Below are positions 21,058 through 30,917 of a DNA stretch of 64,000 nt, piece after piece. Numbering within the stretch: position 1 is the first letter of the stretch; each line of letters begins with the position of its first letter. The DNA lies in assembly GCA_963772725.1 (NCBI GenBank), contig CAVYYI010000004.1, forward strand, positions 288,001 to 352,000. Direction: 5' to 3'. Origin of the DNA: an uncultured Phycisphaerales bacterium (GTDB lineage: Bacteria > Planctomycetota > Phycisphaerae > Sedimentisphaerales > Anaerobacaceae). The translations under genes and the position numbers were made by a program. The notes below the pieces were generated by a model, which saw only the letters and a list, made by a program, of their open reading frames with translations, did no database searches and was not told the DNA's origin.

Positions 21058-22026
21058 ATGGGTTTTCCGGAGATAAGAATGCGGAGGCTGCGGAGCAGCG
21101 AGACGATGCGGAGGCTGGTTCGTCAAACGGTATTGACAGTTGATAACCTGGTTTATCCGCTGTTTGTTCGCCATGGCATGGGGATTAAAGAACCGATAAA
21201 GTCGATGACAGACTGTTTTCATTTTTCGCCGGATACCGCGGTGGAAGAAGCGGCGGAAATTGCCGAACTGAAAATACCGGCGGTGCTGCTCTTCGGAATG
21301 CCGAACAAAAAAGATGAACAGGGCAGCGAAGCGTGGGCGGAAGATGGGGCGGTTCAGCAAACGATAAGGGCGATAAAAAAACGAGTGCCGGAACTGCTGG
21401 TTATTACCGATGTTTGTCTTTGTGCTTACACGACAAGCGGGCATTGCGAGACGATAAAAGACGGGAAAGTCGATAACGATGCGTCGTGTGGGTTGCTGGC
21501 TAAGACGGCTCTTTCACATGCGCAGGCTGGCGCGGATATTGTCGCACCTTCGGATATGATGGATGGCAGGGTTGGGTATATCAGGAAAACGCTTGAGGAG
21601 AACGGCTTCAAGGAGACAGCGATAATGGCTTATTCGGCGAAATACGCGTCGGCGTTTTACGGCCCATTCCGTGACGCTGCGGATTCGGCGCCAGCGTTTG
21701 GTGACCGGAAAAGTTATCAGATGGATCCCGCCAATTCGAACCAGGCGATGGCGGAGATTGCACTGGATATCCAGGAGGGGGCGGACATCGTAATGGTCAA
21801 ACCCGCGTTCGCGTTTCTCGATGTAATATATCGGGCTAAGCAGCGGTTCGATTGTCCCATAGCGGCGTATAATGTAAGCGGTGAGTATATGATGATAAAT
21901 ACGGCGGCAAAGACGGGCTCGCTGGATAAAAAATCGGCGATGCTCGAAATGCTCTATTCGATTAAACGCGCGGGGGCGGATATAATAATTACATACTTCG
22001 CGAAAGAGGCTGCAAAATTATTATAA
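21058..22026 (+). CDS. hemB: Porphobilinogen synthase
   Basis: RMRRLR, DVCLCAYTTSGHC, APSDMMDGRV, AFYGPFRDAA, MVKP. Confidence 0.97.
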   Translation: MGFPEIRMRRLRSSETMRRLVRQTVLTVDNLVYPLFVRHGMGIKEPIKSMTDCFHFSPDTAVEEAAEIAELKIPAVLLFGMPNKKDEQGSEAWAEDGAVQQTIRAIKKRVPELLVITDVCLCAYTTSGHCETIKDGKVDNDASCGLLAKTALSHAQAGADIVAPSDMMDGRVGYIRKTLEENGFKETAIMAYSAKYASAFYGPFRDAADSAPAFGDRKSYQMDPANSNQAMAEIALDIQEGADIVMVKPAFAFLDVIYRAKQRFDCPIAAYNVSGEYMMINTAAKTGSLDKKSAMLEMLYSIKRAGADIIITYFAKEAAKLL

Positions 22027-22065
22027 GAGTTTCGCAAAAATGGGAAATGCTGTTATTAATGTCTT

Positions 22066-22135
22066 TGTCATTCCCGCGAAAGCGGGAATCCAGGTGATGT
22101 AAAGAAAGTGGATACCTGCTTCCGCAGGTATGACA
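22066..22135. repeat. REP-like paired palindromic element
   Basis: TGTCATTCCCGCGAAAGCGGGAATCCAG ... TGGATACCTGCTTCCGCAGGTATGACA: two hairpins arranged as an inverted pair. Confidence 0.8.
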
Positions 22136-22155
22136 GAGTATTGCGGAAAAAAGAT

Positions 22156-23235
22156 ATGATTACAAAAACCAAAAGCGTAAAAAAGCGAAAACAAAAGCTG
22201 GAAAATACTGCGGTGGAGAGGCCGCGGATAATAGCGTTTGAGGTTACACGAAAATGCAGGTACAGCTGCAAACATTGTCGCGCGGGTGCGGGTATTAGTG
22301 AAAATGAGAAGGAATTGAGCACGGAACAGTGCGAGAAGATACTCGAAGCGATAGCCGCGTACAGCAGATGCACGATAATTTTAACGGGCGGCGAACCGAT
22401 GGAGCGTGATGATATTTATGATATTATCCGCTATGGGCGCAAGCTGAAACTGAAAATGGTGCTGGCAACCTGCGGGTATCCGATTAACGAAGAATCGATA
22501 ATTAAGCTGAAAAAAGCGGGTATAACAGCGTTGTCATTTTCGATAGATGGTTCATCGGCAGAAACACACGATACGTTCAGGGGTGTTCAAGGAGCGTTTG
22601 ACACAGCCATAAAGGCGACGCAGATAGCCAGAAAGGCGGGTATTGCTTTTCAGATTAATACCACGGTCACGAAATTTAATATCGATGAGGCCATCGCGAT
22701 AGCGGAACTGGTGGAAAGACTCGGCGCTTACTGTTTCAATCCGTTTATACTTGTCCCGACAGGGCGGGGGGCGGGAATTGCCGATGCGATTATGGACCCG
22801 ATTGATTACGAGATTTTTTTGAACGAGCTTTTGAGGATAAAACATAAGGCTAAAATTCAGGTAAGAGTTACGTGTGGGCCGCAGTTTGCGATGATTTGCA
22901 AACAAGCGCAGGCAAAAAAATTAACGGAAAGCGCCGGCGGGTGCATCGGCGGCAGAGGATTCGGATTTATAAGTTACCTCGGCGACGTACAGACCTGCGG
23001 TTTTCTCGACATATCAGCGGGCAACCTTGTTAAAAAGAGATATAATTTTGCCGGTATATGGGAGAAATCGAAACTGTTAAAGGATATACGTCACCCTGCG
23101 CAATACACCGGCAGATGCAGAAACTGCGAATACGTGGGAGTGTGCGGCGGATGCAGGGCAAGAGCGTATCTTGGCACCGGCGATTATCTCGAAGCCGACC
23201 CAATCTGCAATTATAAGCCGGCAGAAAAAATATGA
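22156..23235 (+). CDS. ahbD: Radical SAM/SPASM protein, AhbD-like (heme b synthase)
   Basis: PRIIAFEVTRKCRYSCKHCRA, TGGEP, VPTGRG, GGCIGGRGFGFIS, CRNCEYVGVCGGCRARAY; start placed at ATG 22156, downstream of the REP element. Confidence 0.85.
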   Translation: MITKTKSVKKRKQKLENTAVERPRIIAFEVTRKCRYSCKHCRAGAGISENEKELSTEQCEKILEAIAAYSRCTIILTGGEPMERDDIYDIIRYGRKLKLKMVLATCGYPINEESIIKLKKAGITALSFSIDGSSAETHDTFRGVQGAFDTAIKATQIARKAGIAFQINTTVTKFNIDEAIAIAELVERLGAYCFNPFILVPTGRGAGIADAIMDPIDYEIFLNELLRIKHKAKIQVRVTCGPQFAMICKQAQAKKLTESAGGCIGGRGFGFISYLGDVQTCGFLDISAGNLVKKRYNFAGIWEKSKLLKDIRHPAQYTGRCRNCEYVGVCGGCRARAYLGTGDYLEADPICNYKPAEKI

Positions 23236-24209
23236 GCCAGGTTTTAACGCAGTTACAGAAACGATTGTGTAATATCCTCCAGGATGGTCTTCCCATCTCT
23301 CAAAAGCCTTTCGCCGCAATAGCCCAAAGTCTCGACTCGGACGAAGATGCTGTTCTGCATGAGATAAAAGCATTGAAAGAGACGGGGATTATCCGGCGAA
23401 TCGGTGCATCTATAAATTATGCCGCGATGGGAAAAGTCAGCACTCTTGTTACGGCTCATATTCCGGAAGAAAAACTGGGAGAAATCGCGGAAGCGGTTAA
23501 CGCCATCGAAAATGTCTCTCATAATTATCATCGCCGGCATTATTATAATATGTGGTTTACGCTGCAGGGCGATTCGGTCAGCGAAATAGAAGATACTATA
23601 ACAGAACTGTCAGGCCGTTTCGGTGTTGAATTTCACAGCTTGCCGGTAAAGCGTTATTTTAAGCTTGATGTGCGTTTTGATGCTGAGCAGATGCTGCCTG
23701 CGGAAACGGCTAATGTTGAGCGAATTACCAGTACCAAGGTTGTTGAATTGGACACCAGGGAAAAGAAGATTCTGTCGAAATTGCAGAATGGTATTGAGAT
23801 TATCGCTGAGCCGTTTAAGTTTTTGCGGGATGAAAAGCTTAAAATGGATGAAGTTTTGGAGATAATTCAAGGCTTGATAGATAAAGGGGTTATCCGGCGA
23901 ATCGCGGCTGTGATGGAGCATCGCAAATTGGGTTTTACGGCCAACGTGCTGTTTGTTTGTAAGGTCGATGAGAACAAAATCGAACAGGCTGGGAATGCAC
24001 TTGCGCGGTTCGGGGCGGTGAGCCATTGCTATGAGAGAAAGACCTTCGAGGGCTGGCCTTATAATCTTTTCGCGATGATGCACGGCAGAAATATGGGTGA
24101 CATTCAGCACATAATTGACAAATTTACTAAATCTCAGCAAATAGATTCATTCGAGCTTTTGCCTACAATAACAGAATTCAAAAAGCAGCCGGTTCGCTAC
24201 AGATTTTAG
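23232..24209 (+). CDS. ahbAB: Siroheme decarboxylase, fused AhbA-AhbB (two Lrp/AsnC-like NirDL modules)
   Basis: Module 1 LQDGLPISQKPF...VSHNYHRRHYYNMWFT; module 2 LQNGIEIIAEPF...VSHCYERKTFEGWPYNLFAMMH. Confidence 0.85.
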   Translation: MSQVLTQLQKRLCNILQDGLPISQKPFAAIAQSLDSDEDAVLHEIKALKETGIIRRIGASINYAAMGKVSTLVTAHIPEEKLGEIAEAVNAIENVSHNYHRRHYYNMWFTLQGDSVSEIEDTITELSGRFGVEFHSLPVKRYFKLDVRFDAEQMLPAETANVERITSTKVVELDTREKKILSKLQNGIEIIAEPFKFLRDEKLKMDEVLEIIQGLIDKGVIRRIAAVMEHRKLGFTANVLFVCKVDENKIEQAGNALARFGAVSHCYERKTFEGWPYNLFAMMHGRNMGDIQHIIDKFTKSQQIDSFELLPTITEFKKQPVRYRF

Positions 24210-24328
24210 CGAATTGGCGTTTTTGCTGAAAAATTTGTAAAAAAATATATTTTTCAGGCGACAGTTTGGTGTGGTTGCGCATTATAATTAGTAGAAGGCA
24301 AAAAGGCGGCTCGAAAGGGACATAAATA

Positions 24329-24904
24329 GTGAATGGCAAAGGCCCCGGTCAACCTGCGATAACGAATACGACGACCACTAAAGGGTCTGGCGAGCCGGGT
24401 ATTGTGAGTGTATTTCTGCGGGAGCAGGAAAGATTTAAGTGTATTATCGCCGGTATGGGATTAAACAGGACACAAGGCGAAGATATATTGCAGAATGTGT
24501 CAATCGAGGCCATGCAGTATCCGCGAGATTTCCCAAACGCCGATGAGGCGGTTCGGTGGCTGACAAAAGTTACGGTTAATAGATGCCTGCTCGAATACCG
24601 GAATAAACAGCGATTTGACCGCAAGGCGTCTGAGATTTTGGAGCGGCGGAAAGAAAAAAATGAGTCCGCGTCTGGCGCGGATGAAAAAGCGATTGTAGCG
24701 GAAGAACTTGATATTGTGCGGGAAACGCTGCGGGAATTAGATGAGTCTGTACTTATGGTAATGGTGCTGCGATATTTTTGCGATTTAACGTCCGAGGAAA
24801 TAGGAGCGATACTGCACTTGAATCCTTCCACTGTGCGAAATCAGTTGCGGGACGGGCGAATAACTCTCGCTAAACGGCTGTTAGAACGAGGGATTGAGCG
24901 ATGA
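24329..24904 (+). CDS. ECF RNA polymerase sigma factor
   Basis: Region 2 (EDILQNV...WLTKVTVNRC) and region 4 (LRYFCDLTSEEIGAILHLNPSTVRNQL). Confidence 0.85.
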   Translation: MNGKGPGQPAITNTTTTKGSGEPGIVSVFLREQERFKCIIAGMGLNRTQGEDILQNVSIEAMQYPRDFPNADEAVRWLTKVTVNRCLLEYRNKQRFDRKASEILERRKEKNESASGADEKAIVAEELDIVRETLRELDESVLMVMVLRYFCDLTSEEIGAILHLNPSTVRNQLRDGRITLAKRLLERGIER

Positions 24905-25416
24905 ACCCAAAATTATGTAAAGAAATTTGCGAAATGCTTGTTGATTACGCCGATAGGGAACTGCCGGCCAGCCGGTCTGATTTGGTAGCTGAGCATTTGG
25001 AAAAATGTGAAAATTGCCGCAATAATTTGAGAGCTATAGAGAAATCGCTTGGCCTGACAAAGGTTATCTGGCGGGATGCCCTTGGCGATATGGATGCTGT
25101 TCAGATTTCCGCTCAGCCCCGAATCCGAAAGTACTATTGGCGAAAATATGCCGCAGTCGCGGCGGCTATTGTGCTTGTAACAATCGTCAGTTTTACGCTG
25201 CGTCAATTGACCCTGCCAGAAACGAAACAGCCGACCTTTGCTGAGATTGAGCGCAACATATCCGACGCAGGCAATGCCGCAAGATTATTGGCCGCGACAG
25301 AAATGTTAAGCCAGTCTCCTGAAAATCAGCCAATCATAAAACAGCAATATATCTATATCGTTAAAACTTACCCGCGAACAAACGCGGCTATTGAGGCAAA
25401 AACAAGAATTCAATAA
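24901..25416 (+). CDS. Zinc-binding (zf-HC2/ZAS) membrane anti-sigma factor
   Basis: HxxxCxxC (HLEKCENC), one TM helix, overlaps the sigma stop codon. Confidence 0.85.
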   Translation: MNPKLCKEICEMLVDYADRELPASRSDLVAEHLEKCENCRNNLRAIEKSLGLTKVIWRDALGDMDAVQISAQPRIRKYYWRKYAAVAAAIVLVTIVSFTLRQLTLPETKQPTFAEIERNISDAGNAARLLAATEMLSQSPENQPIIKQQYIYIVKTYPRTNAAIEAKTRIQ

Positions 25417-25438
25417 CTTATCGAAAGGAGACCATAAA

Positions 25439-26500
25439 ATGTTTACCTCAAAAACACAGTCTTTTGTAATTGGCCTTATCCTGACGTGTATCTGTATCCC
25501 GCTGTCGGCCAAAGAAAAAAATCAGACAATATCAATACCCGAACTGAAATTTGAAAACAGCAACAAGCCCCTCCCGTGGGCAGTGCCAGATGCTGGTCCC
25601 TCAGAAAGGTTATCGTTAGCTTCTGGAGGTGGGATATGGGGGCAGCATGGACTAATTTTGCCAAAATTCGCGGCTGTTTGCTATATAAAGGATGTTTATA
25701 ATTCTTCTGGCTTTAGGGAAGGTGTGAAATCAATCTTATCAAAATCTACTGTACGAACTATGTCCGAGGAACAGCAAAAGTTTGTTGAATTGACAAATGG
25801 AAATTATGTTATTGTTCCCTTTGAAAAAGGTCGTACAATCGGAAATTATATGGAGGTGCAATTCTATGCCGTCAGCCAGGACGACGCTGAAAAAATAGTA
25901 AATATTTTTCTGGAAGATTTAGTTAAAAACACAAACGAGAATATGCAGGAATTAATTACCAGGCAGAAAGAGCTTGAAAAAAAGATTGCCGATGCCAATA
26001 ATCAGTTAGATTCAAAAGAGAAAACATTGGAAACGGTAAAGACCAACCTGCGAAAAAATAAAGGGTATCTTTCTGAAGAAGATGCTTATAAGCAAGCTAA
26101 GGAAACCCTCTCTGAAATGAACAAGATGCTGCATGTTCTTGACATTGAGAGAGCGGGGATACATGCGAAGATAGATGCCATACAGGGATATCTCGCAAAA
26201 TCGGGAAAAGATGAAAATCTTAAAACTAAACTTGAAGGCGAGTTGGCCAACCAGACAATAGAATTGAAAGTCGGGGAGGCTAAATATAATGTGGTTTTGA
26301 GCATTCATCAGAGGCAAGAAGATTTGCTTGAATTATTTGCTCAAAGAGATAATCTCAAAAACGAAATAACGGCTTTGAAATTTAGTCTCAAAAATTATGA
26401 AGAAGATTTGGCGAGATTCAAAGCAAGATTATCACATATTATTGTACCAGATGTTTATGAAAACACGGTTACAATCCATCCGATTGAGCCGGAAAAATGA
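25439..26500 (+). CDS. Secreted coiled-coil hypothetical protein
   Basis: RBS AAGGAG before ATG 25439, signal peptide, long heptad-rich C-terminal half. Confidence 0.75.
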   Translation: MFTSKTQSFVIGLILTCICIPLSAKEKNQTISIPELKFENSNKPLPWAVPDAGPSERLSLASGGGIWGQHGLILPKFAAVCYIKDVYNSSGFREGVKSILSKSTVRTMSEEQQKFVELTNGNYVIVPFEKGRTIGNYMEVQFYAVSQDDAEKIVNIFLEDLVKNTNENMQELITRQKELEKKIADANNQLDSKEKTLETVKTNLRKNKGYLSEEDAYKQAKETLSEMNKMLHVLDIERAGIHAKIDAIQGYLAKSGKDENLKTKLEGELANQTIELKVGEAKYNVVLSIHQRQEDLLELFAQRDNLKNEITALKFSLKNYEEDLARFKARLSHIIVPDVYENTVTIHPIEPEK

Positions 26501-26548
26501 GAATCGCTGATTTCTGGAGAACTAACTAAATATTAACCGCTGAGTTTA

Positions 26549-26572
26549 CTGCGTGAAATACTCTTCACGCAG
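26549..26572. other. Perfect hairpin downstream of the coiled-coil gene
   Basis: CTGCGTGAA-ATACTC-TTCACGCAG; no U-tract follows. Confidence 0.4.
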
Positions 26573-26785
26573 ATACGAGAAACGAATTATCTCTGCTTCT
26601 TTGCGCCTTGGTGGGGAAAAAATACGGGTTAAAGCAATTCCAGTTGTAGGGTTGTGGGGGTGATTTGAGTAAAAGCACTTGTTTTTTCTGACGAAAAATC
26701 ATATAATTAAGGCAGGTATAAAATTTAACTAACGGTTTTGTATGAAATCACATCATAGACTGAAAATGTGCCGAGGAGCGGCGGA

Positions 26786-29700
26786 ATGTATATGACATCT
26801 TCAAAAATCCGCCTAATCTGTGTTTTATGTGTATTTTATACGGCGATTCCGGTATTGGCGGTTCTGCCTGAAAAATCAGCGGAATCGTACAAATCATTCG
26901 GTAAAGAAGAAATAATCACATTGCCAAAACCGACAGCGGCAATTCCTTCGGCTGCCCAGGCGGCACAGGAGAATAAAGCACAGATTATTAAAACGCTTCA
27001 AAATTCCATGCCTTGGCAGAATTTTACTCAAAAAGCGGGGCGAGGCTGGTCTGTCCGCTGGAACGCAAAGACAAAAACTCCGCATGCGGCGGTTGGCAGG
27101 CCGATAGCATTGTCGGCGGCGCCGCTGACGGAAGATAATATCGACACTGTCTGCGAGGATTTCATATCGGAACATTCCGATTTAATGGGCGTGCGTCCGG
27201 GGCAGTTGCGCCGGCTCAAGGCGGTAAAGGCAGAGGGCAGGTGGCACAGCGATTTTGAGCAGGTACATAACGGTGTTCCTGTTTTCGGCAGCAGGGTGAA
27301 ATTGTCGTTTGCCGCCAACGATGGGCTTGTCGCGTTCGGTTCAGATGTCTATTCGGATGTTAACGTAGATACTGTTCCGTTAATAGAACGAAAGGATGCC
27401 GAGCGAATTGCGGTTGACGACTGCAATAAAACCGCCGGCGGCGATGACCGTATCAGTGATGTGAATCTTTGCATATTGCCTGTTCGCCGCGGGATGGCTG
27501 TCGATTATGCTCTGTGCTGGCGATTGGATATTCTTCAGCCGAAGGTTCAAAAGAAGTGGCAGTATTTTATCGATGCCAAAACCGGCAAAATCGCGGGCAG
27601 GCAGAACATCCTGTGGTATGCGAATATTTCCGGCGATGTTATGGGCGAGGTCAAACCTGAATTCGCGAGCGACCCGACAGCGGTGCGTCCTTTCGCGTAC
27701 GAAGAAATAATAGCCGAAGGGGCGGAAAAACTTATCCAGTCGTGGGACTTCAACTCTGACCCAGGCTGGATGACAGAAGGGGCGTGGGCATTCGGTGTGC
27801 CGAGCGGCGAGGGAACGGCTTGCGGTGACCCATGTTCAGGTTATACCGGCGCCAATGTGTATTGTTACGAGCTTAACGGCGATTACTTGAATAATATGCC
27901 TGCTTATCATCTGACAACAACGCCGATAGGCAGCTCAGGCTATGAAACTCTCAGGCTGAAATTTATGCGATGGCTTGGAGTTGAATCATCCTATTACGAT
28001 AAGGCGGGGATTGAGGTATCCAACAATGGTGCGGACTGGGTGTCTTTGTGGAACAATCCGACTAAATCGATGTGTGACGGGCAATGGGTCGGAGTATCTT
28101 ATGACCTTCCACCTCTTGCGGACAACCAGCCGAATCTGTACCTCCGATGGTCGATGGGGCCAACTGATTTTTCAGTAACTTTCCCCGGCTGGAATATCGA
28201 CGATGTGCAGCTTTTTTCAGTCCTGGGCGGCATTAATACAGAACAAACAAATTCGCGAGGCTCATACCGTATGAAAGCCCCGTGGAAGCCTTCCAAAATA
28301 ATTTCGCAGTTGAGAGGTTTGTATTGCGATATAAATAATGCCTATAAACCGGATGCTCAATTTGTGCGAACGGATGTTTATCCCCATGATGTGATTAACT
28401 GGGTCTGGGACAGCAATCTTTATAACACTATCAGCGAGAGCAGTGTTTACTGGCATATTAACCACATTCATGATTATTATAAATCCATAGACAAAGATTT
28501 TAATGGTCTGGATTTTCTTGTCTCAGTCTTTGTTGATGTAAATTTCAGTAATGCCTATTGGGACGGGATCAATCTGGCATTCGGCAGGGGGGACGGGGTT
28601 GAATACGGCGATTTCGCGTTATATTCCGAAGTTGTTTATCACGAATATACTCACGGCGTAACGGATAAGATTTATGACGGTGTCTTTTTCCCGTACAGGG
28701 GCGAACAGGGAGCTATGAATGAGGCATGGAGCGATTATTTTGGCTGCGTATTAAGCGACAGTCAAAGCCCGGAAGTCGGTGACGGTGGGCTTGTAATCAA
28801 TGAGCCGAACGGATTCCGTTCTCTTAATAATACTTATCGGCGTGAAACCGACTGGAGCAATGAAGTTCATGCCGATAGTGAAATGTTCAGCGGCTCTTTG
28901 TGGGAAATAGGACAGTCGCTCGGCGATAAAATAGCGGATAAACTCGTTCACTTTGCCAGATATGAACACCCTATGAGTTTTGAAGACTGCCTCGCGGCAA
29001 TTCTGCTCGAGGATGATAACAGATACGGCGATGGTGACATAACCAACGGCACTCTCCACGGCAGGGCTATTTATACGGCCTTTGGCAATCACGGTATCGG
29101 CGGCCTTGAGTATCTTGGGCCGAGTATGGTTATTACAGATGACAGCGTAAACCGAAATGGCAGGCTTGAACCAGGAGAAACGGGTAAACTGTCACTGACG
29201 TTGATAAACCGCTGGGCCGACGCGCTTAAAATACGCGCAACGCTGAGCAGTACAGATGCCTTTGTTCGTATCGTTAAACCAACTACTTTGTTTACCAATG
29301 CCGAGTATGGCGGCACAACCGACAATTCCGCTGACCCGTTTATTATATCGGTTGAGCCGAATTGCCCTGAAACGCATACTATTTATTTTATGCTCTCCAT
29401 CACAGCTCGCGGGCAGTATTCTTATTCGCGAAATTGCCTGATTTACTACAATGTCGCCGTACAGCAATATGCTTACGATGACGGCGGCATCGATGATTAT
29501 GTTAATCACGGCGAACCCAACGGCGCTTTGGCGATACGTGTAACACCGGAGGTATATCCGTGTTATCCGACGCATGTGCGCCTGTTTCCAACGCACGCCA
29601 CGACTATTACAATAACTGTCTGGGATGATAACGAACCGAATGGTCTGCCGGGAGCGGTGCTTGGCAGTATAAAAACCAATGTGCCGGTTGCCAATGACTG

Positions 29701-30907
29701 GTACGATGTGGACATCAGGCCGCTGGGTCTGAAAATCGAAAGCGGAAACGTTTATGTCGGCTGGGTGGAAGGCACGGGTTACTATACGAACGGTTTTGAT
29801 GCCGACCCGACGTATTATGAGCGGTCACTTGTTTTCCTTGACCCGAACTGGGTTCCGCTTGAGGATTTTTATTATTTTGGCAACTTTATGATTCGTATGC
29901 GTTATCTGAATGAACCGCCGCTGAAAATCAATCCGCCGCTTGAGTATAACTGGAGTGTGGATAGTCAGGTCGAAAACTGCCTTAATGCGGTTAACGGCCA
30001 TACCCCTTATCATAGCTGGACAGCCTTGCCGATACCATCCAATTATACATATACCATTTTAGATACGAGTTACTTTAGTTCTACCGGCACTGCACGACAC
30101 TGGAACGCAGATGACGCTTCGTGGCGTTATACGCTGCCGTTCAAATTTCCGTATTACGGTGCCGAGTATAATGAAATAATAGTATCCAGTAATGGTTTTA
30201 TTGATTTTGCGCAAATCGATTCAGAATTTCTCAATGCGACAGACCGGTTAATTTCCAATAGACGCATCGCTCCTTTATGGGATGATTTTACAACATTAGT
30301 ACCTGACGATATTTGTATAGATGAAAGCGTTCCGCATCAGGTAGCGATACGCTGGCAGGCTAAAACATATTTTTTTGGAACTGCCGCTAATTTTGCGGTC
30401 GTTTTATTCGATGATGGACGTATTCGATTCGACTATGCGCCCTTGCTGATAAGACTTTCTCCCATGGTGGGCATCTCCGCAGGCAATGGTACGGATTACA
30501 TTCTTGTCCCCGGTTATGACAACGTCTCGCGGCTGGCAAATGCTCCAAGTATTCTGTTCACACCTATCCCGGCCAGACCGTCACTGCCGCATGGAGTGAA
30601 CCTTAACCCCGATACCGGCTGCTTCTCTGGAATACCAGCTATTGCAGGCTCTTATAAGGTGACTATTGAGGTAACCGACAATTCGGCCCCGCCTCAGACT
30701 GCAAGACAAAATTTTATTTTTAATGTAATACCGGCTTCCGGTGTTTTTAACCAGGATGGCAAAGTGACTATATCCGAACTTGCTGGTTTTTGCAGCCGGT
30801 GGCTGGGCAGTGATTGCGGCGGTGCGGATAGCTGGTGCCAGGGAGTTGACATTGATGAAAATGGAATCGTTGACATGCGCGATTTTGCCGCTTTTGCGGA
30901 GCATTAG
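26786..30907 (+). CDS. Large secreted M4 (thermolysin-like)/M36 metallopeptidase with FTP/PepSY propeptide, accessory beta domains and dockerin-like C-terminal repeats
   Basis: Signal peptide, FEQVHNGVPVFG, YFIDAKTGKI, NAYWDG, HEYTH, GAMNEAWSD, EVHADSEMFSGSLWE; C-terminal FNQDGKVTISELAGFCSRWL / DIDENGIVDMRDFAAFAEH. Confidence 0.88.
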   Translation: MYMTSSKIRLICVLCVFYTAIPVLAVLPEKSAESYKSFGKEEIITLPKPTAAIPSAAQAAQENKAQIIKTLQNSMPWQNFTQKAGRGWSVRWNAKTKTPHAAVGRPIALSAAPLTEDNIDTVCEDFISEHSDLMGVRPGQLRRLKAVKAEGRWHSDFEQVHNGVPVFGSRVKLSFAANDGLVAFGSDVYSDVNVDTVPLIERKDAERIAVDDCNKTAGGDDRISDVNLCILPVRRGMAVDYALCWRLDILQPKVQKKWQYFIDAKTGKIAGRQNILWYANISGDVMGEVKPEFASDPTAVRPFAYEEIIAEGAEKLIQSWDFNSDPGWMTEGAWAFGVPSGEGTACGDPCSGYTGANVYCYELNGDYLNNMPAYHLTTTPIGSSGYETLRLKFMRWLGVESSYYDKAGIEVSNNGADWVSLWNNPTKSMCDGQWVGVSYDLPPLADNQPNLYLRWSMGPTDFSVTFPGWNIDDVQLFSVLGGINTEQTNSRGSYRMKAPWKPSKIISQLRGLYCDINNAYKPDAQFVRTDVYPHDVINWVWDSNLYNTISESSVYWHINHIHDYYKSIDKDFNGLDFLVSVFVDVNFSNAYWDGINLAFGRGDGVEYGDFALYSEVVYHEYTHGVTDKIYDGVFFPYRGEQGAMNEAWSDYFGCVLSDSQSPEVGDGGLVINEPNGFRSLNNTYRRETDWSNEVHADSEMFSGSLWEIGQSLGDKIADKLVHFARYEHPMSFEDCLAAILLEDDNRYGDGDITNGTLHGRAIYTAFGNHGIGGLEYLGPSMVITDDSVNRNGRLEPGETGKLSLTLINRWADALKIRATLSSTDAFVRIVKPTTLFTNAEYGGTTDNSADPFIISVEPNCPETHTIYFMLSITARGQYSYSRNCLIYYNVAVQQYAYDDGGIDDYVNHGEPNGALAIRVTPEVYPCYPTHVRLFPTHATTITITVWDDNEPNGLPGAVLGSIKTNVPVANDWYDVDIRPLGLKIESGNVYVGWVEGTGYYTNGFDADPTYYERSLVFLDPNWVPLEDFYYFGNFMIRMRYLNEPPLKINPPLEYNWSVDSQVENCLNAVNGHTPYHSWTALPIPSNYTYTILDTSYFSSTGTARHWNADDASWRYTLPFKFPYYGAEYNEIIVSSNGFIDFAQIDSEFLNATDRLISNRRIAPLWDDFTTLVPDDICIDESVPHQVAIRWQAKTYFFGTAANFAVVLFDDGRIRFDYAPLLIRLSPMVGISAGNGTDYILVPGYDNVSRLANAPSILFTPIPARPSLPHGVNLNPDTGCFSGIPAIAGSYKVTIEVTDNSAPPQTARQNFIFNVIPASGVFNQDGKVTISELAGFCSRWLGSDCGGADSWCQGVDIDENGIVDMRDFAAFAEH

Positions 30908-30917
30908 CTCCGACGAG

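Noticed and set aside
22108..22155. N-terminal extension of the ahbD ORF in the track
   Set aside because: It starts inside the REP-like palindrome; ATG 22156 is more plausible
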